A DNA stretch of 64,000 bases, filler included, from a candidate division TA06 bacterium SM23_40 (GCA_001303705.1; 5 parts of 5 records of this genome joined end to end with filler, not necessarily neighbours in it), one strand, 5' to 3'. Positions 10,480 to 22,664 are shown, counted from the first letter of the whole stretch. The notes: generated from the letters alone by a model not told the origin. Program-made: numbers and translations.

Positions 10480-11343
10480 CTAATGCTTGAGGCTCAGCCA
10501 GAGGATGAGGATCATCTCGCGCACCAGCGCGGCCGCCATCACCGAGGGCCAGCGGGCGGGGGCCGCCAATGGGTTGAGCTCTACGAGGTCGGATCCCACA
10601 ACCTGGAGGGAAGTGCCGAGATGGTGCACGCATTCGATCAGCTCTCTGTACCCTGGCCCGCCCGGCTCAGGTGTTCCTGTTGCCGGCATCGCTCCCGGAT
10701 CGAGGAGGTCGATGTCGAGCGTGAGGTACACAGGTCTGCCGCCTACGATACTTGTCATGGCCGCGAGATGATTGCCAAGCGTGTAGCGGAAGACGTGCTT
10801 GGCTTCGGCGAATTCGTCTCGTTCCCCGGAGCGGACGCCGAGGTGAATGAGTCGCTCAGCGCCGACGACCTCCCGCACCCGCCGCATCACGGTGGCATGG
10901 GAGAGCCGCTCGCCCAGATAGGCGTCGCGGAGATCGAGATGTGCATCGAGCTGGAGGACGACGAGATCTTTGTGCACCTTGTCCGTAGCCTCGACAGCTC
11001 CGAGGGTTACCGTATGTTCACCGCCCAGCACGATCGTCCGCTTTCCCGCGGTAAGGCATTCGGAGACTGCCGTACGTACTGTCTGGTGTACCCCTTCGGG
11101 CGTCATCTGTTCGAAGATGAGATTTCCACGGTCGCAGAACGGGACGTCCTCGAGATCGAGGTCGAGATATGGGCTGTAGGTTTCCACGGCTTCGGACGCC
11201 GCCCGTATCGCCTGCGGGCCAAGCCGTGCACCGGGGAGGAAGCTCGCTGTCCCATCGTAGGGAGCGCCGATGATGGCGATTCGGGCATCGTCGAAGGAAC
11301 TGTCCGCCATGGTGAAGAGCGGGTGCTCATACGTCGGGCACAC
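10480..11343 (-). CDS. speB: Agmatinase (ureohydrolase family)
   Basis: GAPYDGTASFLPGARLGP, GGEHTVT, DAHLDLRD, DIDLLDP, TGTPEPGG; GTG start after AAGGGA. Confidence 0.9.
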   Translation of the reverse strand: MCPTYEHPLFTMADSSFDDARIAIIGAPYDGTASFLPGARLGPQAIRAASEAVETYSPYLDLDLEDVPFCDRGNLIFEQMTPEGVHQTVRTAVSECLTAGKRTIVLGGEHTVTLGAVEATDKVHKDLVVLQLDAHLDLRDAYLGERLSHATVMRRVREVVGAERLIHLGVRSGERDEFAEAKHVFRYTLGNHLAAMTSIVGGRPVYLTLDIDLLDPGAMPATGTPEPGGPGYRELIECVHHLGTSLQVVGSDLVELNPLAAPARWPSVMAAALVREMILILWLSLKH

Positions 11344-11669
11344 GGCTATCCCTTTCTCGGCACCAGTGGAGAGGTCACCCGCGGTCGGGTCTCCAAGGGA
11401 CGGAGTGTCAGCATATCCTGATTCGAAGGTGAAGGAACCCAGTGAAGGTGGAGGCGCCCGAAGGCGGTGCAGCACGACGGCATGGAAACGCGCCGGCGCA
11501 GCGGCGTGGCAACGCACCGACGCGGCGGCGTGCTCCCCGCTTCAGGCTGTCGCCTATCTTAGGTCCCGGGAGGAGAAAGTCAACCCATTTCTCGGGGAAG
11601 GAGATCAGTCACTCTGCAACCTGCGCCGTCGCCCCGGCATTTGCCACATCCGCACAGTCCATCTCTATC

Positions 11670-12956
11670 TCAGGAATCTCCTACCCAGAGATCGGACCAG
11701 ACGAATGGGTGAGCGACACAGTAGATCGCGTTCCGAAGCACACCTTCGACAACTTTGGCGATATAGACATCGAACGTAAGGTCGTTCGGATGGAGAATGA
11801 GGGAGTGTTGCGTGGCGCTGACGCCGCCGACCGACGATCCGAACGCCATGATAGCCTGAACGGCACCATCGCCGAGTTTCCAGCCGCCTACCTGCGAGAT
11901 GAGCCTGACCCCCAACTGCATCGCGCGGTATTGGACGTCATACGTGACGTGGTGATACTTCTGGTAGCTGTTGCAGGCGAAGATGCGGTTCGGATTGTGA
12001 GGGTAGTCGTCCGAGGAAAGCCTGAGCACCTGCCCTTCTGAGTCGGCTTCGATCACTCCTGCGGTCTCGACGATGCCTCCGGTGTGCGGCGATGCCACGG
12101 TAACGATCCACCCCTTGGAGATCCGGACCGACTGGAATATCTCGAAGGCTGCGTACACCGGATCGTCGGTATTGCCGACCTCGAGTATCTCCCTCATGAC
12201 AAGGGGACAGGGGTAGACTGAATGAGGTGTCGGCGGATTCGGAGAATGCAGGATATCCTGGCCGTCTCCGCCGTTGTTGATGAACAGCGTCACTCCCGCC
12301 TCATTCATGCCAGTGATGCATCCGATGATTCCGGGCCATGCCACCGTGAAGTGGCGTCGCGCACCCGTCCGGCTCGGGTCGTAGGCGATGAGGAGCGTGT
12401 TGTCCAACATGGTCGTGCCCGGGTAGCTATAGGGGACGACCGCGTACCCGAAGTTGCGTGCTGCGATCGTCGAGCCGTCCTCAGTCAGGTCACCCCACAC
12501 GGCCATCGCCTCGCAACGCGGGAAGGAGGAGCAGTTCAAGGCGATCAGATCGTCGACTCCGAATTCCCGGCCCAGTTGAGGTACGTACAGCTCGACATCG
12601 GGATTGTCGGTCATCCCTGCGAGCATGCCCTCGAACTCGTTCAGATGATGCGGGGGAATGGCCGCCACCTCCAGAGTCCGCGGGAGATACTCCGCATAGA
12701 GATTCCAGTATCCCTGGACAAGCTCTCTATCCCACACCTCCATGATCCTCGGACCCAGCAGGAATCCGTGGCTGTATCCCATTTCGTAAGATGTCCCCCA
12801 CAGGGTGAGGACCTCTACTCCGTCCAACTCTCTGAGGACCCCGTTGACCTCGGGGAGTGAGGGCGACGTAGCCGTCCTGGCGCCATCCACAGAGGCGGCC
12901 GGAGCGGAGAGTCCGAGTGTCACCGCAACGCAGACCATGACCATTACAGTCTTCAT
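11670..12956 (-). CDS. Secreted C45-family/Ntn-hydrolase peptidase
   Basis: Signal peptide, LWGTSYEMGYSHG, CEAMAVWG...ARNF, WPGIIGCITGMNEAG; RBS AAGGAG. Confidence 0.75.
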   Translation of the reverse strand: MKTVMVMVCVAVTLGLSAPAASVDGARTATSPSLPEVNGVLRELDGVEVLTLWGTSYEMGYSHGFLLGPRIMEVWDRELVQGYWNLYAEYLPRTLEVAAIPPHHLNEFEGMLAGMTDNPDVELYVPQLGREFGVDDLIALNCSSFPRCEAMAVWGDLTEDGSTIAARNFGYAVVPYSYPGTTMLDNTLLIAYDPSRTGARRHFTVAWPGIIGCITGMNEAGVTLFINNGGDGQDILHSPNPPTPHSVYPCPLVMREILEVGNTDDPVYAAFEIFQSVRISKGWIVTVASPHTGGIVETAGVIEADSEGQVLRLSSDDYPHNPNRIFACNSYQKYHHVTYDVQYRAMQLGVRLISQVGGWKLGDGAVQAIMAFGSSVGGVSATQHSLILHPNDLTFDVYIAKVVEGVLRNAIYCVAHPFVWSDLWVGDS

Positions 12957-13353
12957 GATGTTTGTCTCCTTTGACCATGTATATCGCGCGCTTGAGGCGG
13001 AAGGACGACCAGCAGGAGGCGGACTCGGCTCGCCAAACTCCGATCCGGCGTGCTCGTCCCGAGTCGTCCCGCAGCGGGTAGCTGGCGGCACATAAGAATC
13101 CCAGTCTGCCTGCCGCTGGGATCAGCAAAGGTCGATTCTGTCGTCACAACCTTCCTCCACCACCCCTCAGGCCGATACGCCTCGGCTTGAGTTTAAGCAT
13201 ACACAAGAAAGGCCGTGAGGTCAAGAGGAAATTGCGCGTTCTGTTGACGAAGCGGGCGGTGATGTGCTAGCATAAGCTCCGCCACTATCGGGCAGGATGG
13301 CACGCGATAGAAGGCAGTGTACATTCCGGGCCACGTCAACTGAGGAGGACCTC

Positions 13354-15411
13354 ATGCTGTTGAAACGTCTGATGTTGGGCGCAGTCCTGGGAATCGCCCT
13401 CGCACATCCGGCGGTCGCCGGCTTGCTTTCGACGCCCTCCGGTTCACCCCACGATGATGGGTACGAGCTGCTGCGCCAGAGCAAAAGCCGCGTCCTGAGC
13501 GCGGTGGGCCAGGATGCGTACAGCACTCTGGCCGAGAGTACGCACGCGTACGATGTCCTGCACTACGCTCTCGATATCACGGTCGATATCGATGGTGACT
13601 CCATGTTCGGGCAGGCGACGATCACTGCCGCCAGCGAGGAAGATGGTCTCGATAGTCTCGACCTCCACCTGGAGGGGCTCGAGGTCGATCGCATCCTGAG
13701 CGGAGAGGATACCCTCGCCTTCAGCCGTCTCAATGACACGCTCAAGATAGATCTCGGGGCGACATACTCGACGGGGGACACGTTCGACGTCCGCGTCGAT
13801 TATCATGGGGTCCCGCTCTATAGCACGTATGTGGGGGGATTCGACATCACCTCCGACGTATCGTTCACGTTCAATGAACCGATTGCGGCCAGACGTTGGT
13901 TCCCCTGCTTCGACGAACCCCGGGATAAGGCGACGCTGACGATGTCGGCAGCGGTTCCCCCCGGGTACATCGTAGCATCCAACGGTCTGCTCATCGACGT
14001 ACGTTCGACGGATCAATATGTCGTCTACACCTATGAAGAGACCCACCCCATCGCCACCTACCTTATCTCGCTGGCGATCGACGACTATGCAGTATGGTCG
14101 GACTGGCACTTCAGGGCTCCGGGTGACAGCGTGGAGATCATCTACTATGCTCATCCGTGGGATTCAGCCAACGCGGCGATCAGCTGGGATGATACGCCCA
14201 ACATGGTCGATTTCTTTGCCAGCGTCTTCGGGCCCTATCCGTTCGATAAATATGGCATGGCAGAGGCGCCGATCTTCAACGGGTGGGGTGCGATGGAGCA
14301 CCAGACCTGCACCACGTACGGCCACATGCTCGTCAACGGTGGACACAGCTATGACTGGATCGTAGCACATGAGCTCGCCCACCAGTGGTGGGGCGACTGG
14401 GTGACGCTCCTCGACTGGCGGCACATCTGGCTGAACGAAGGATTCGCTACATACGGGGATGCGCTCTACGTCGAGCACCGCGATGGTGATGCGGCATTTC
14501 GGGGTAGGATGCAGAGCTTTGCCAACACCTACTTCTATGAGGATAACTCCATCCGTTATCCGATCTTCGATCCGCCTCCGGGTTACCTGTTCGGGGCGTG
14601 CGAGTATGAGAAGGGGGCGTGGGTGCTCCATATGATGCGCTACATCTTCGACGACGACTCGCTCTATTTCGAGGCGATCCGCAACTACGGGGACACTTAC
14701 GGCGGGGGAGTGGCCAGTACCGACGATCTCCAGGCTGAGTTCGAGGCCCTGTACGGCGACAGTCTCGACTGGTTCTTCCAGCAATGGATCTATCAGGCAG
14801 GCCATCCCGAGTTCGAGATCAGCTGGACCGCTCAGGAAGTGGATCAGGGGCCGTACGAGGTCGAAATCGTGCTCCACCAGGTGCAGGAAGACAGCGCGAC
14901 ATCAACGCCTATCTTCGAAATGCCTGCGGAGATCCTGGTCATCATCCCCGGTGAGGATAGTCTCGTCTCATTCCGGTTCGACTCGGAGTATGACACCGTA
15001 TACGCGATGGTCGACTCGATGCCCACAGGGGTGTACCTCGATCCGAATACATGGCTCCTCCACCAAGTGGTCTCGCTCACCGACGTGGGTGACCAGACGG
15101 ACTACACAAGCAGCGCATGCTCTATCGCCCTGCTCCAGAACGCTCCCAATCCGTTCTCTCACAGTACGACCATCTCCTATATGGTGTACGGGCCTGCGGA
15201 TGAAAGCCGTATTCCCGTAACGCTCTCCCTGTACAACATCCAGGGACAGCACGTACGGACCCTCGTCGATGCTCGGCAATCGCACGGACCTCACACAATC
15301 ACCTGGGATGGGAGAGACGATCGAGGTCGCCCGGTCTCCTCCGGCGTATACTTCTTTCGGCTCGAAGCCCCCGGCCATCACCATACACGAAAAATCGTCC
15401 TCGTCCACTAA
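13354..15411 (+). CDS. Secreted M1-family zinc aminopeptidase with FlgD-Ig/T9SS-like C-terminus
   Basis: Signal peptide, GAMEHQ, HELAHQWWG...WLNEGFATY, YEKGAWVLHM, tail QNAPNPF...WDGRDDRG...SGVYF. Confidence 0.92.
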   Translation: MLLKRLMLGAVLGIALAHPAVAGLLSTPSGSPHDDGYELLRQSKSRVLSAVGQDAYSTLAESTHAYDVLHYALDITVDIDGDSMFGQATITAASEEDGLDSLDLHLEGLEVDRILSGEDTLAFSRLNDTLKIDLGATYSTGDTFDVRVDYHGVPLYSTYVGGFDITSDVSFTFNEPIAARRWFPCFDEPRDKATLTMSAAVPPGYIVASNGLLIDVRSTDQYVVYTYEETHPIATYLISLAIDDYAVWSDWHFRAPGDSVEIIYYAHPWDSANAAISWDDTPNMVDFFASVFGPYPFDKYGMAEAPIFNGWGAMEHQTCTTYGHMLVNGGHSYDWIVAHELAHQWWGDWVTLLDWRHIWLNEGFATYGDALYVEHRDGDAAFRGRMQSFANTYFYEDNSIRYPIFDPPPGYLFGACEYEKGAWVLHMMRYIFDDDSLYFEAIRNYGDTYGGGVASTDDLQAEFEALYGDSLDWFFQQWIYQAGHPEFEISWTAQEVDQGPYEVEIVLHQVQEDSATSTPIFEMPAEILVIIPGEDSLVSFRFDSEYDTVYAMVDSMPTGVYLDPNTWLLHQVVSLTDVGDQTDYTSSACSIALLQNAPNPFSHSTTISYMVYGPADESRIPVTLSLYNIQGQHVRTLVDARQSHGPHTITWDGRDDRGRPVSSGVYFFRLEAPGHHHTRKIVLVH

Positions 15412-15646
15412 CCGGGGACGTTGGTAGGTTCTGTAGGTTATCAGCCGGGGACGTACCTCAGTCCCGAAGGTTATCGGGGGGATGGGTTGACCTTCGCTTC
15501 GAGGACGTGCCCAAACCTCCCAAGCCTACCAACGTCCGCGGAGTATACCCGGTAACCTTCTGAACCTACCAACGTCTCCGGGGGATGGACCTGCCAAGGT
15601 CCGCAGAGTATACCCGGTAACCTTCTGAACCTACCAACGTCCCCGG
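15412..15646. repeat. Cluster A of the dispersed GGGGACGT-N13-AAGGTTA repeat; MITE-like, bounded by 29-bp inverted repeats
   Basis: Left end ccggggacgttggtaggttctgtaggtta; right end taaccttctgaacctaccaacgtccccgg (2 mismatches); about 7 copies in total. Confidence 0.85.
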
Positions 15647-15658
15647 GGAGGAAAGTGC

Positions 15659-15687
15659 TTGACGGGGAGAGGAGCAGCGAGTAGAAT
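15659..15687 (+). promoter_or_regulatory. Putative sigma70 promoter
   Basis: TTGACG-N17-TAGAAT. Confidence 0.6.
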
Positions 15688-15750
15688 GACTATGGGAGGA
15701 GGTGGGGTTGGACTGTAGGGATTGACCGACTAGAAGGGATGAGAGAGGTT

Positions 15751-16164
15751 ATGAGGAAGGGTCTGGCTCTGATTCTTGTTCTGCTCCTGGCGCTGGGTAA
15801 CACCCTCGCTCTGGCCGGCGGGGCGCCGGGAGAGGAGGAGCTCGCCTCGGCCGGCGAGGACGATGAGGTACCAGTCATTCTTGTTGCCGCGGCTGTCATC
15901 GTCGTGGGCGCGGTTCTGCTCTGGATTCTGATGCGCCCGGAGTCCGAAGAAGCCGCGGAGGAGACCGATACCTCTCAACGGATCGACCGCGACGAGTCTG
16001 ACTCTCCGGCTATGTCACCCCAGGCTCGACCAGAGGAGGATCGAGGTAGCATCGAGGGGGAGTCCGGCTCGGCATTAGGCCTGGATGAGAGTGAGACAGG
16101 CGTTGAGCCGACCCTCGGGATGGTCGATTCGACACCCTGGAACAGCATCGCATCGAACCTTTAG
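15751..16164 (+). CDS. Hypothetical membrane protein (signal peptide, one TM helix, acidic tail)
   Basis: MRKGLALILVLLLALGNTLALA...VPVILVAAAVIVVGAVLLWILM; RBS GAGG. Confidence 0.6.
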   Translation: MRKGLALILVLLLALGNTLALAGGAPGEEELASAGEDDEVPVILVAAAVIVVGAVLLWILMRPESEEAAEETDTSQRIDRDESDSPAMSPQARPEEDRGSIEGESGSALGLDESETGVEPTLGMVDSTPWNSIASNL

Positions 16165-16188
16165 TCAGGCCACGGCGCCGGATGGCGA

Positions 16189-16219
16189 CCCTTAACCTAG
16201 TCCTGAGAGGCTAGAAGGG
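16189..16219 (+). promoter_or_regulatory. PyrR-binding RNA loop (pyrimidine attenuator)
   Basis: CCCTTAACCTAGTCCTGAGAGGCTAGAAGGG matches the CUUUAA/ARUCCNGNGAGGYU consensus, upstream of pyrR. Confidence 0.88.
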
Positions 16220-16226
16220 AACTTGA

Positions 16227-17804
<1,578 letters not shown>

Positions 17805-17815
<11 letters not shown>

Positions 17816-19169
17816 GAAGCGAACGAAAGGGCTCCTTCTCAAGGGAGGAAGGATCGTCGATCCGGCGACAGGACGAGACGAGGTGGCGGATCTGTTAATC
17901 GAGGCCGGCAGGGTGAAAGACGTTGGGAAGCTGTCTGCCGCCGTCGACAGCGATCGGTGCGAAATGATCGATGTGACAGGCCTGGTGGTCGCGCCCGGGC
18001 TCATCGATATGCATGTCCACCTGCGCGAGCCCGGACGCGAAGACGAGGAGACGATCGAGAGCGGATCACATGCGGCCGTGAAGGGTGGACTGACAGCAGT
18101 GGTGCCGATGGCGAACACCAATCCCCCTACTGATGATCAGACGGCCGTCCGGTTTGTGAGGGAGCGAGGCCGTGAGGTGGGTCTCACCAGGATTCTCCCG
18201 GTCGCAGCGGTGACGAAGCAGCAGGAGGGGAAGGAGCTCACCGAGATCGCCGAGCTGGTAGACGCGGGGGCGGTCGCCATCTCCGACGACGGCGTTCCGG
18301 TGAGGAGCGCGGAACTGATGCGGCGCGCGCTCGAGTACGCCAAGATGTTTGGCATACCGGTCATCTCCCACGCCGAGGATCCTGATCTGTCGGCCGACGG
18401 ACAGATGCATGAAGGGCTCGTCTCCACGTCTCTCGGCCTGCACGGCATCCCGGCCGCGGCGGAGGAATCGATGGTGAGCCGGGATCTCATCCTCGCGCGC
18501 CTCACGGGGAGTCACGTTCACATCGCTCATGTCTCGGCAAAAGGGTCGGTAGAACTGATTCGGGGGGCAAAGGCGCAGGGTGTGAGAGTAACGGCCGAGA
18601 CTGCTCCCCACTACTGCACACTCACCGACGAGTCGATTGCAGAGACATTCGACACCAATCTCAAGGTCAACCCACCGCTGCGCACGCAGGAGGATGTACA
18701 GGCCGTCATTAAGGGTCTCGTAGACGGCACACTCGATGTCATTGCCTCAGATCATGCGCCGCACAGCATTGCAGAGAAGGAAGTCGAGTTCCCGGCGGCT
18801 CCGTGCGGAATGATCGGCATGGAGACGATGCTCGGCATCGTTCTGACGAAGCTCGTTCACGGGGGGCACCTCTCCCTGTCCCAGGCGCTGGCGAGGCTGT
18901 CGCTCGGTCCGGCCAGTGCCCTCGGGATCGAAGGTGGGACCCTGGAACCGGGATCACCTGCCCACCTGACAATCATCGATCTGGGCAAAGAGTGGGTCGT
19001 GGACCCATCGACGTTCGCGTCGAAGTCGAGAAACTGTCCCTTCACGGGATGGCGTCTCACAGGATTGCCGATGCTCACTATCGTTGATGGGCGGGTCGTC
19101 TATACATCCCCCGATCGTGAGGCTCGCGGACAGAGAGCAAAGGCTCGGGCTTCGGCCAAAAATCGCTAG
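17805..19169 (+). CDS. pyrC: Dihydroorotase
   Basis: [42 protein letters not shown]. Confidence 0.96.
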
Positions 19170-19195
19170 ACAAGAGGCGACGCGTGCGCTATACT
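19167..19195 (+). promoter_or_regulatory. Putative sigma70 promoter
   Basis: TAGACA-N17-TATACT upstream of the TldD/PmbA gene. Confidence 0.5.
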
Positions 19196-19310
19196 GCCGC
19201 TCTCGTCCGGAGGGACGCAGATGGCGACGCGGTTGTCATATCGATACACCACATTGAGAGGGTATTGAATCGCTCATACCTGGATGCTGCAAACACTGAA
19301 GGAGGCGGTT

Positions 19311-20669
19311 ATGCTTGGCAGAGAGAGGGCAAAGGAGGTGCTCGAACGGGCGCTCACTCTTTCGGAGGCGGACCAGACCGAAGCGGTGCTGATGGCTGAG
19401 GATTCATATCTGACGCGGTTCGCCAACTCTGAGATCCATCAGAACGTAGCTGAGCGGAACGGAACGCTCTTCGTACGAGTGGCCTTCGGGAAGAAGGTGG
19501 GTCACTCTTCCACGAATCTGCTCAACGACGAGGGGATAGCGCTGGTGGTGGAGCGCGCGGCAGAGATTGCCTCGCTTCAGAGAGAGAATCCAGACTTCAC
19601 CTCGCTCCCCGGCGCGAAGCCGATCAAGGACGTTCCCATATACGTACCGGAGACTGCCAGCGTCACCCCGGAGATGAGGGCAGCGGCGGCCGGAACGATC
19701 ATCGAGCGGGCTCGGAAGAGCGGACTGGATGCCTTTGGTGCGGTGACGAGTGGAGTCGCCGAGCTGGGAGTGGCGAACTCGCTCGGGGTGTTCGCCTATG
19801 CTCAGGGAACGGACGCGGGCTGCAATGTCGTCGTGATGGGCGACACGAATTCGGGATACGCCCAGCAGGCGTCGCGCGATTTCAGGAAGCTCGACTTCGA
19901 CGCTATTGGAGCACGCGCCGTAGAGAAGGCAGAGGCGAGCCGTGATCCCATCGAGCTGGAGGCTGGCGAGGGCGCCGCCGTTCTCGAGCCCCGTGCGGTT
20001 GCCGACATGATCATGTTTCTGGCGTTCCTGGGCTTCGGAGCGCTCTCGGTTCAAGAGGAGCGGAGCTTCATGTGCGGCAAGTTCGGGCAGAAGATCGTCG
20101 GTGAGAACATCTCTATCTGGGACGATGGCCTGGACGAGCGAGGATTCGCTATCGGGTTCGACTTCGAGGGAGTGCCCAAGCAGCGGGTCGACTTCATCAC
20201 GGATGGCGTTGCGAGCGCAGTCGCCTACGACTCACTTACCGCCGGGAAAGAAGGAAAAGAATCGACGGGGCATGCGTTGATCGCGCCCAACCCATATGGG
20301 CCGATTCCGATATCGCCCGTCATGGGCACTGGTGACTCGACGATCGAGGAGATGATCGCCGACACCAAGCGGGGCATCTACGTGACACGGTTCCACTATA
20401 CGAACACCGTGGAGCCGATGCGGGCGGTGATCACTGGCATGACGAGAGATGGGACGTTTCTTATCGAGGATGGTAAGATAACGAAGCCGTTGAAGAACTT
20501 GCGATTCACCGAGAGTGTGCTGAGCGCCCTGTCCTGCGTCACACATATCTCCAAAGAGGCGGTCCTGGTGTGGGACGGCGCAGGTTATGGGCCGCGGTTC
20601 CCCACCGGTATCATCGCGCCTGCGATACGTGTGGAGAAGTTCAACTTCTCTGGCGTTACACAATTCTAG
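19311..20669 (+). CDS. TldD/PmbA family protein (PmbA/TldE-like)
   Basis: TRFANSEIHQN, FDFEGVP, STGHA, TGMTRDGTFLIEDGKI...NLRF; RBS AAGGAGG. Confidence 0.9.
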   Translation: MLGRERAKEVLERALTLSEADQTEAVLMAEDSYLTRFANSEIHQNVAERNGTLFVRVAFGKKVGHSSTNLLNDEGIALVVERAAEIASLQRENPDFTSLPGAKPIKDVPIYVPETASVTPEMRAAAAGTIIERARKSGLDAFGAVTSGVAELGVANSLGVFAYAQGTDAGCNVVVMGDTNSGYAQQASRDFRKLDFDAIGARAVEKAEASRDPIELEAGEGAAVLEPRAVADMIMFLAFLGFGALSVQEERSFMCGKFGQKIVGENISIWDDGLDERGFAIGFDFEGVPKQRVDFITDGVASAVAYDSLTAGKEGKESTGHALIAPNPYGPIPISPVMGTGDSTIEEMIADTKRGIYVTRFHYTNTVEPMRAVITGMTRDGTFLIEDGKITKPLKNLRFTESVLSALSCVTHISKEAVLVWDGAGYGPRFPTGIIAPAIRVEKFNFSGVTQF

Positions 20670-20720
20670 GGGGTGATCGAATCTCCGTGGTCGAGCAGCT
20701 GACGAGCAGAACGTATAGGC

Positions 20721-20813
20721 GGAGAGATGCCCGAGTTGGCTGAAGGGGCACGACTGGAAATCGTGTATCCCGAGTGATCGGGATCGTGGGTTCGAATCCC
20801 ACTCTCTCCGCCA
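20721..20813 (+). tRNA. tRNA-Ser(GGA)
   Basis: GGAGAGATGCCCGAGTTGG...CACGA CT GGA AA TCGTG, long variable arm, GGTTCGAATCC...CTCTCCGCCA. Confidence 0.97.
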
Positions 20814-21057
20814 CAGTTCCGTGTGACGACCGTTCCCACGGACTTCCTGTGCTCGATCCGGGAGCGATTGCCGGCGGAGCGAGCCGGAGCGGGGTCTGAG
20901 CTGTGCAGAACGCTGCCGGCGGGCCGCTCTCCGCCGCTGAGCAGTAACAGCCAGCACCGAATCATATGTTCAAGTGGCTGTTTTCCATCGAGTTACATCT
21001 CTCCACCTGCCCCCCCTTTCCCGTCCATTCGCCTGGAGCGCCCTTCCTATTTTTGCC

Positions 21058-21086
21058 TTGACTGGCCCGATTTCCGGTGCTAGAGT
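21058..21086 (+). promoter_or_regulatory. Putative sigma70 promoter
   Basis: TTGACT-N17-TAGAGT. Confidence 0.5.
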
Positions 21087-21168
21087 GGTCGTCGATTCTG
21101 ATACTCGAATCTGATCGGACGAGACTGGCCGGGCGAGCGATCGTGAACCATCCATGGGGAGGTGGAGC

Positions 21169-21522
21169 ATGGATAAGCTCGTTGCCATCTTCGTACTTGC
21201 CGCAGTGATCGAAGGAGTCGTTGAACTCTTCGGTCAGTTTGTCGCCCTCGTCTACCCCGGCGACAGCGAGTCACAGCCAGCTCAGGAGTACGAACGAAAG
21301 CTCCGTATCTACACGCGACTCGCCCTGGTCGTCAGCACGGGCGTGGGAGTAGTCTTCTGCTTCTGGGGGCGGGTCGGTATCCTCGAACTCCTTGACATCT
21401 CGCACTCATTTCCGGAGGGTGTAGACTACGCACTCACCGGGGTCCTCATCGGTCGCGGTTCGAAATCTGTGCACGACTTTGTCCGTATGATCGACGGAAA
21501 GAAGGAGCAGATAAAGCGGTAG
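21169..21522 (+). CDS. Small multi-TM protein, holin-like
   Basis: Three hydrophobic segments; C-terminal LTGVLIGRGSKSVHDF; RBS GGAGG. Confidence 0.6.
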   Translation: MDKLVAIFVLAAVIEGVVELFGQFVALVYPGDSESQPAQEYERKLRIYTRLALVVSTGVGVVFCFWGRVGILELLDISHSFPEGVDYALTGVLIGRGSKSVHDFVRMIDGKKEQIKR

Positions 21523-21654
21523 CATCGGGAAGAAGAAAAGAGAGTTGAGCGTTATCGGTATGTGTGTACTATGTTAGTCTCTCGGGGTGCCGCGATTCGC
21601 GCCGTTCCCCCCGGTTCTACCTGGTCTTGCTGATGTGCTCGTGTGGTGTCCCAT

Positions 21655-22638
21655 ATGATGCCGAAGGTATTGGTCACGGCTCCCATTCCGGAGGAGGGGC
21701 TCGGGCTCTTGCGCCGCGGGTCGGACCTCATCCTGCTCGATAATGATGAACCCAAGGGGCACGCCGAGCTGACACCTCATCTTCGAGAGGTGCAGGGCCT
21801 CCTCTGCCTGCTCAGTGATACGATCGATCGCCGTGTGATGGACGCCGGGCCCGATCTGCGCGTCATCGCCAACTATGCCGTCGGCTTCGACAATGTCGAC
21901 ATGGCGGAGGCGACGCGACGCCGCATTGCGGTGACGAATACGCCGGATGTGCTTACAGAAGCGACGGCCGATCTTGCATGGGCCCTGCTGCTCGCGGCCG
22001 CCAGGCGGGTCACTGAGGGAGAACGGTTCATGAGGGCGGGGCGGTTCCGCGGGTGGGGGCCTCTGCTACTTCTCGGGGGAGCGGTTCACGGAAAGTCGCT
22101 CGGCGTCGTAGGGGCCGGGCGTATTGGGGCTGCGGTCGCCCGACGGGCGGTCGGTTTCCGGATGCGAGTGCTGTATACCGACGTTCAGGAGCGCCCCGGG
22201 CTTGAGCGACAGGTCGGGGCCATGCGGGTTCCTCTCGATACCCTTCTTAGTGAGGCCGATTTCGTGTCGCTGCACGTTCCGCTCACCGAGGAGACGAAAC
22301 ACCTGATCGGCACCCGGGAACTCGCGACGATGAAGCCAACCGCCTTTCTCATCAACACTTCCCGCGGCGCGGTGGTGGATGAGCAGGCGCTCATCGCAGC
22401 GCTCCAGTCCGGGGAGATCAGGGGTGCGGGACTCGATGTATATGAAATGGAGCCGGAGGTGCCCGATGCGCTCCTGCAGCTGGAGAATGTTGTTCTCCTT
22501 CCCCACGTGGGGAGTGCGACGGTCGAGGCGCGAGGTGCCATGGCGAAGATGGCGGCCGAGAACGTCCTCGCCGGCACGGAAGGGCGACGACCACCCAATA
22601 TCTTGAATCCGGAAATCTATGACGCAGAGCGTGAATGA
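21655..22638 (+). CDS. D-glycerate dehydrogenase/glyoxylate reductase (D-2-hydroxyacid dehydrogenase)
   Basis: AVGFDNVD, NTPDVLTEATAD, GAGRIG, INTSRG, GLDVYE.EP, PHVGSAT. Confidence 0.93.
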   Translation: MMPKVLVTAPIPEEGLGLLRRGSDLILLDNDEPKGHAELTPHLREVQGLLCLLSDTIDRRVMDAGPDLRVIANYAVGFDNVDMAEATRRRIAVTNTPDVLTEATADLAWALLLAAARRVTEGERFMRAGRFRGWGPLLLLGGAVHGKSLGVVGAGRIGAAVARRAVGFRMRVLYTDVQERPGLERQVGAMRVPLDTLLSEADFVSLHVPLTEETKHLIGTRELATMKPTAFLINTSRGAVVDEQALIAALQSGEIRGAGLDVYEMEPEVPDALLQLENVVLLPHVGSATVEARGAMAKMAAENVLAGTEGRRPPNILNPEIYDAERE

Positions 22639-22664
22639 AGGGGGGTTGGCGAAGTGCAAACGGT

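Noticed and set aside
15412-15646. Integron attC sites
   Set aside because: No RYYYAAC...GTTRRRY pairing, no cassette array and no intI in the window.
20814-21640. Prophage integrated at tRNA-Ser
   Set aside because: No integrase, att duplication or phage genes beyond one holin-like ORF.
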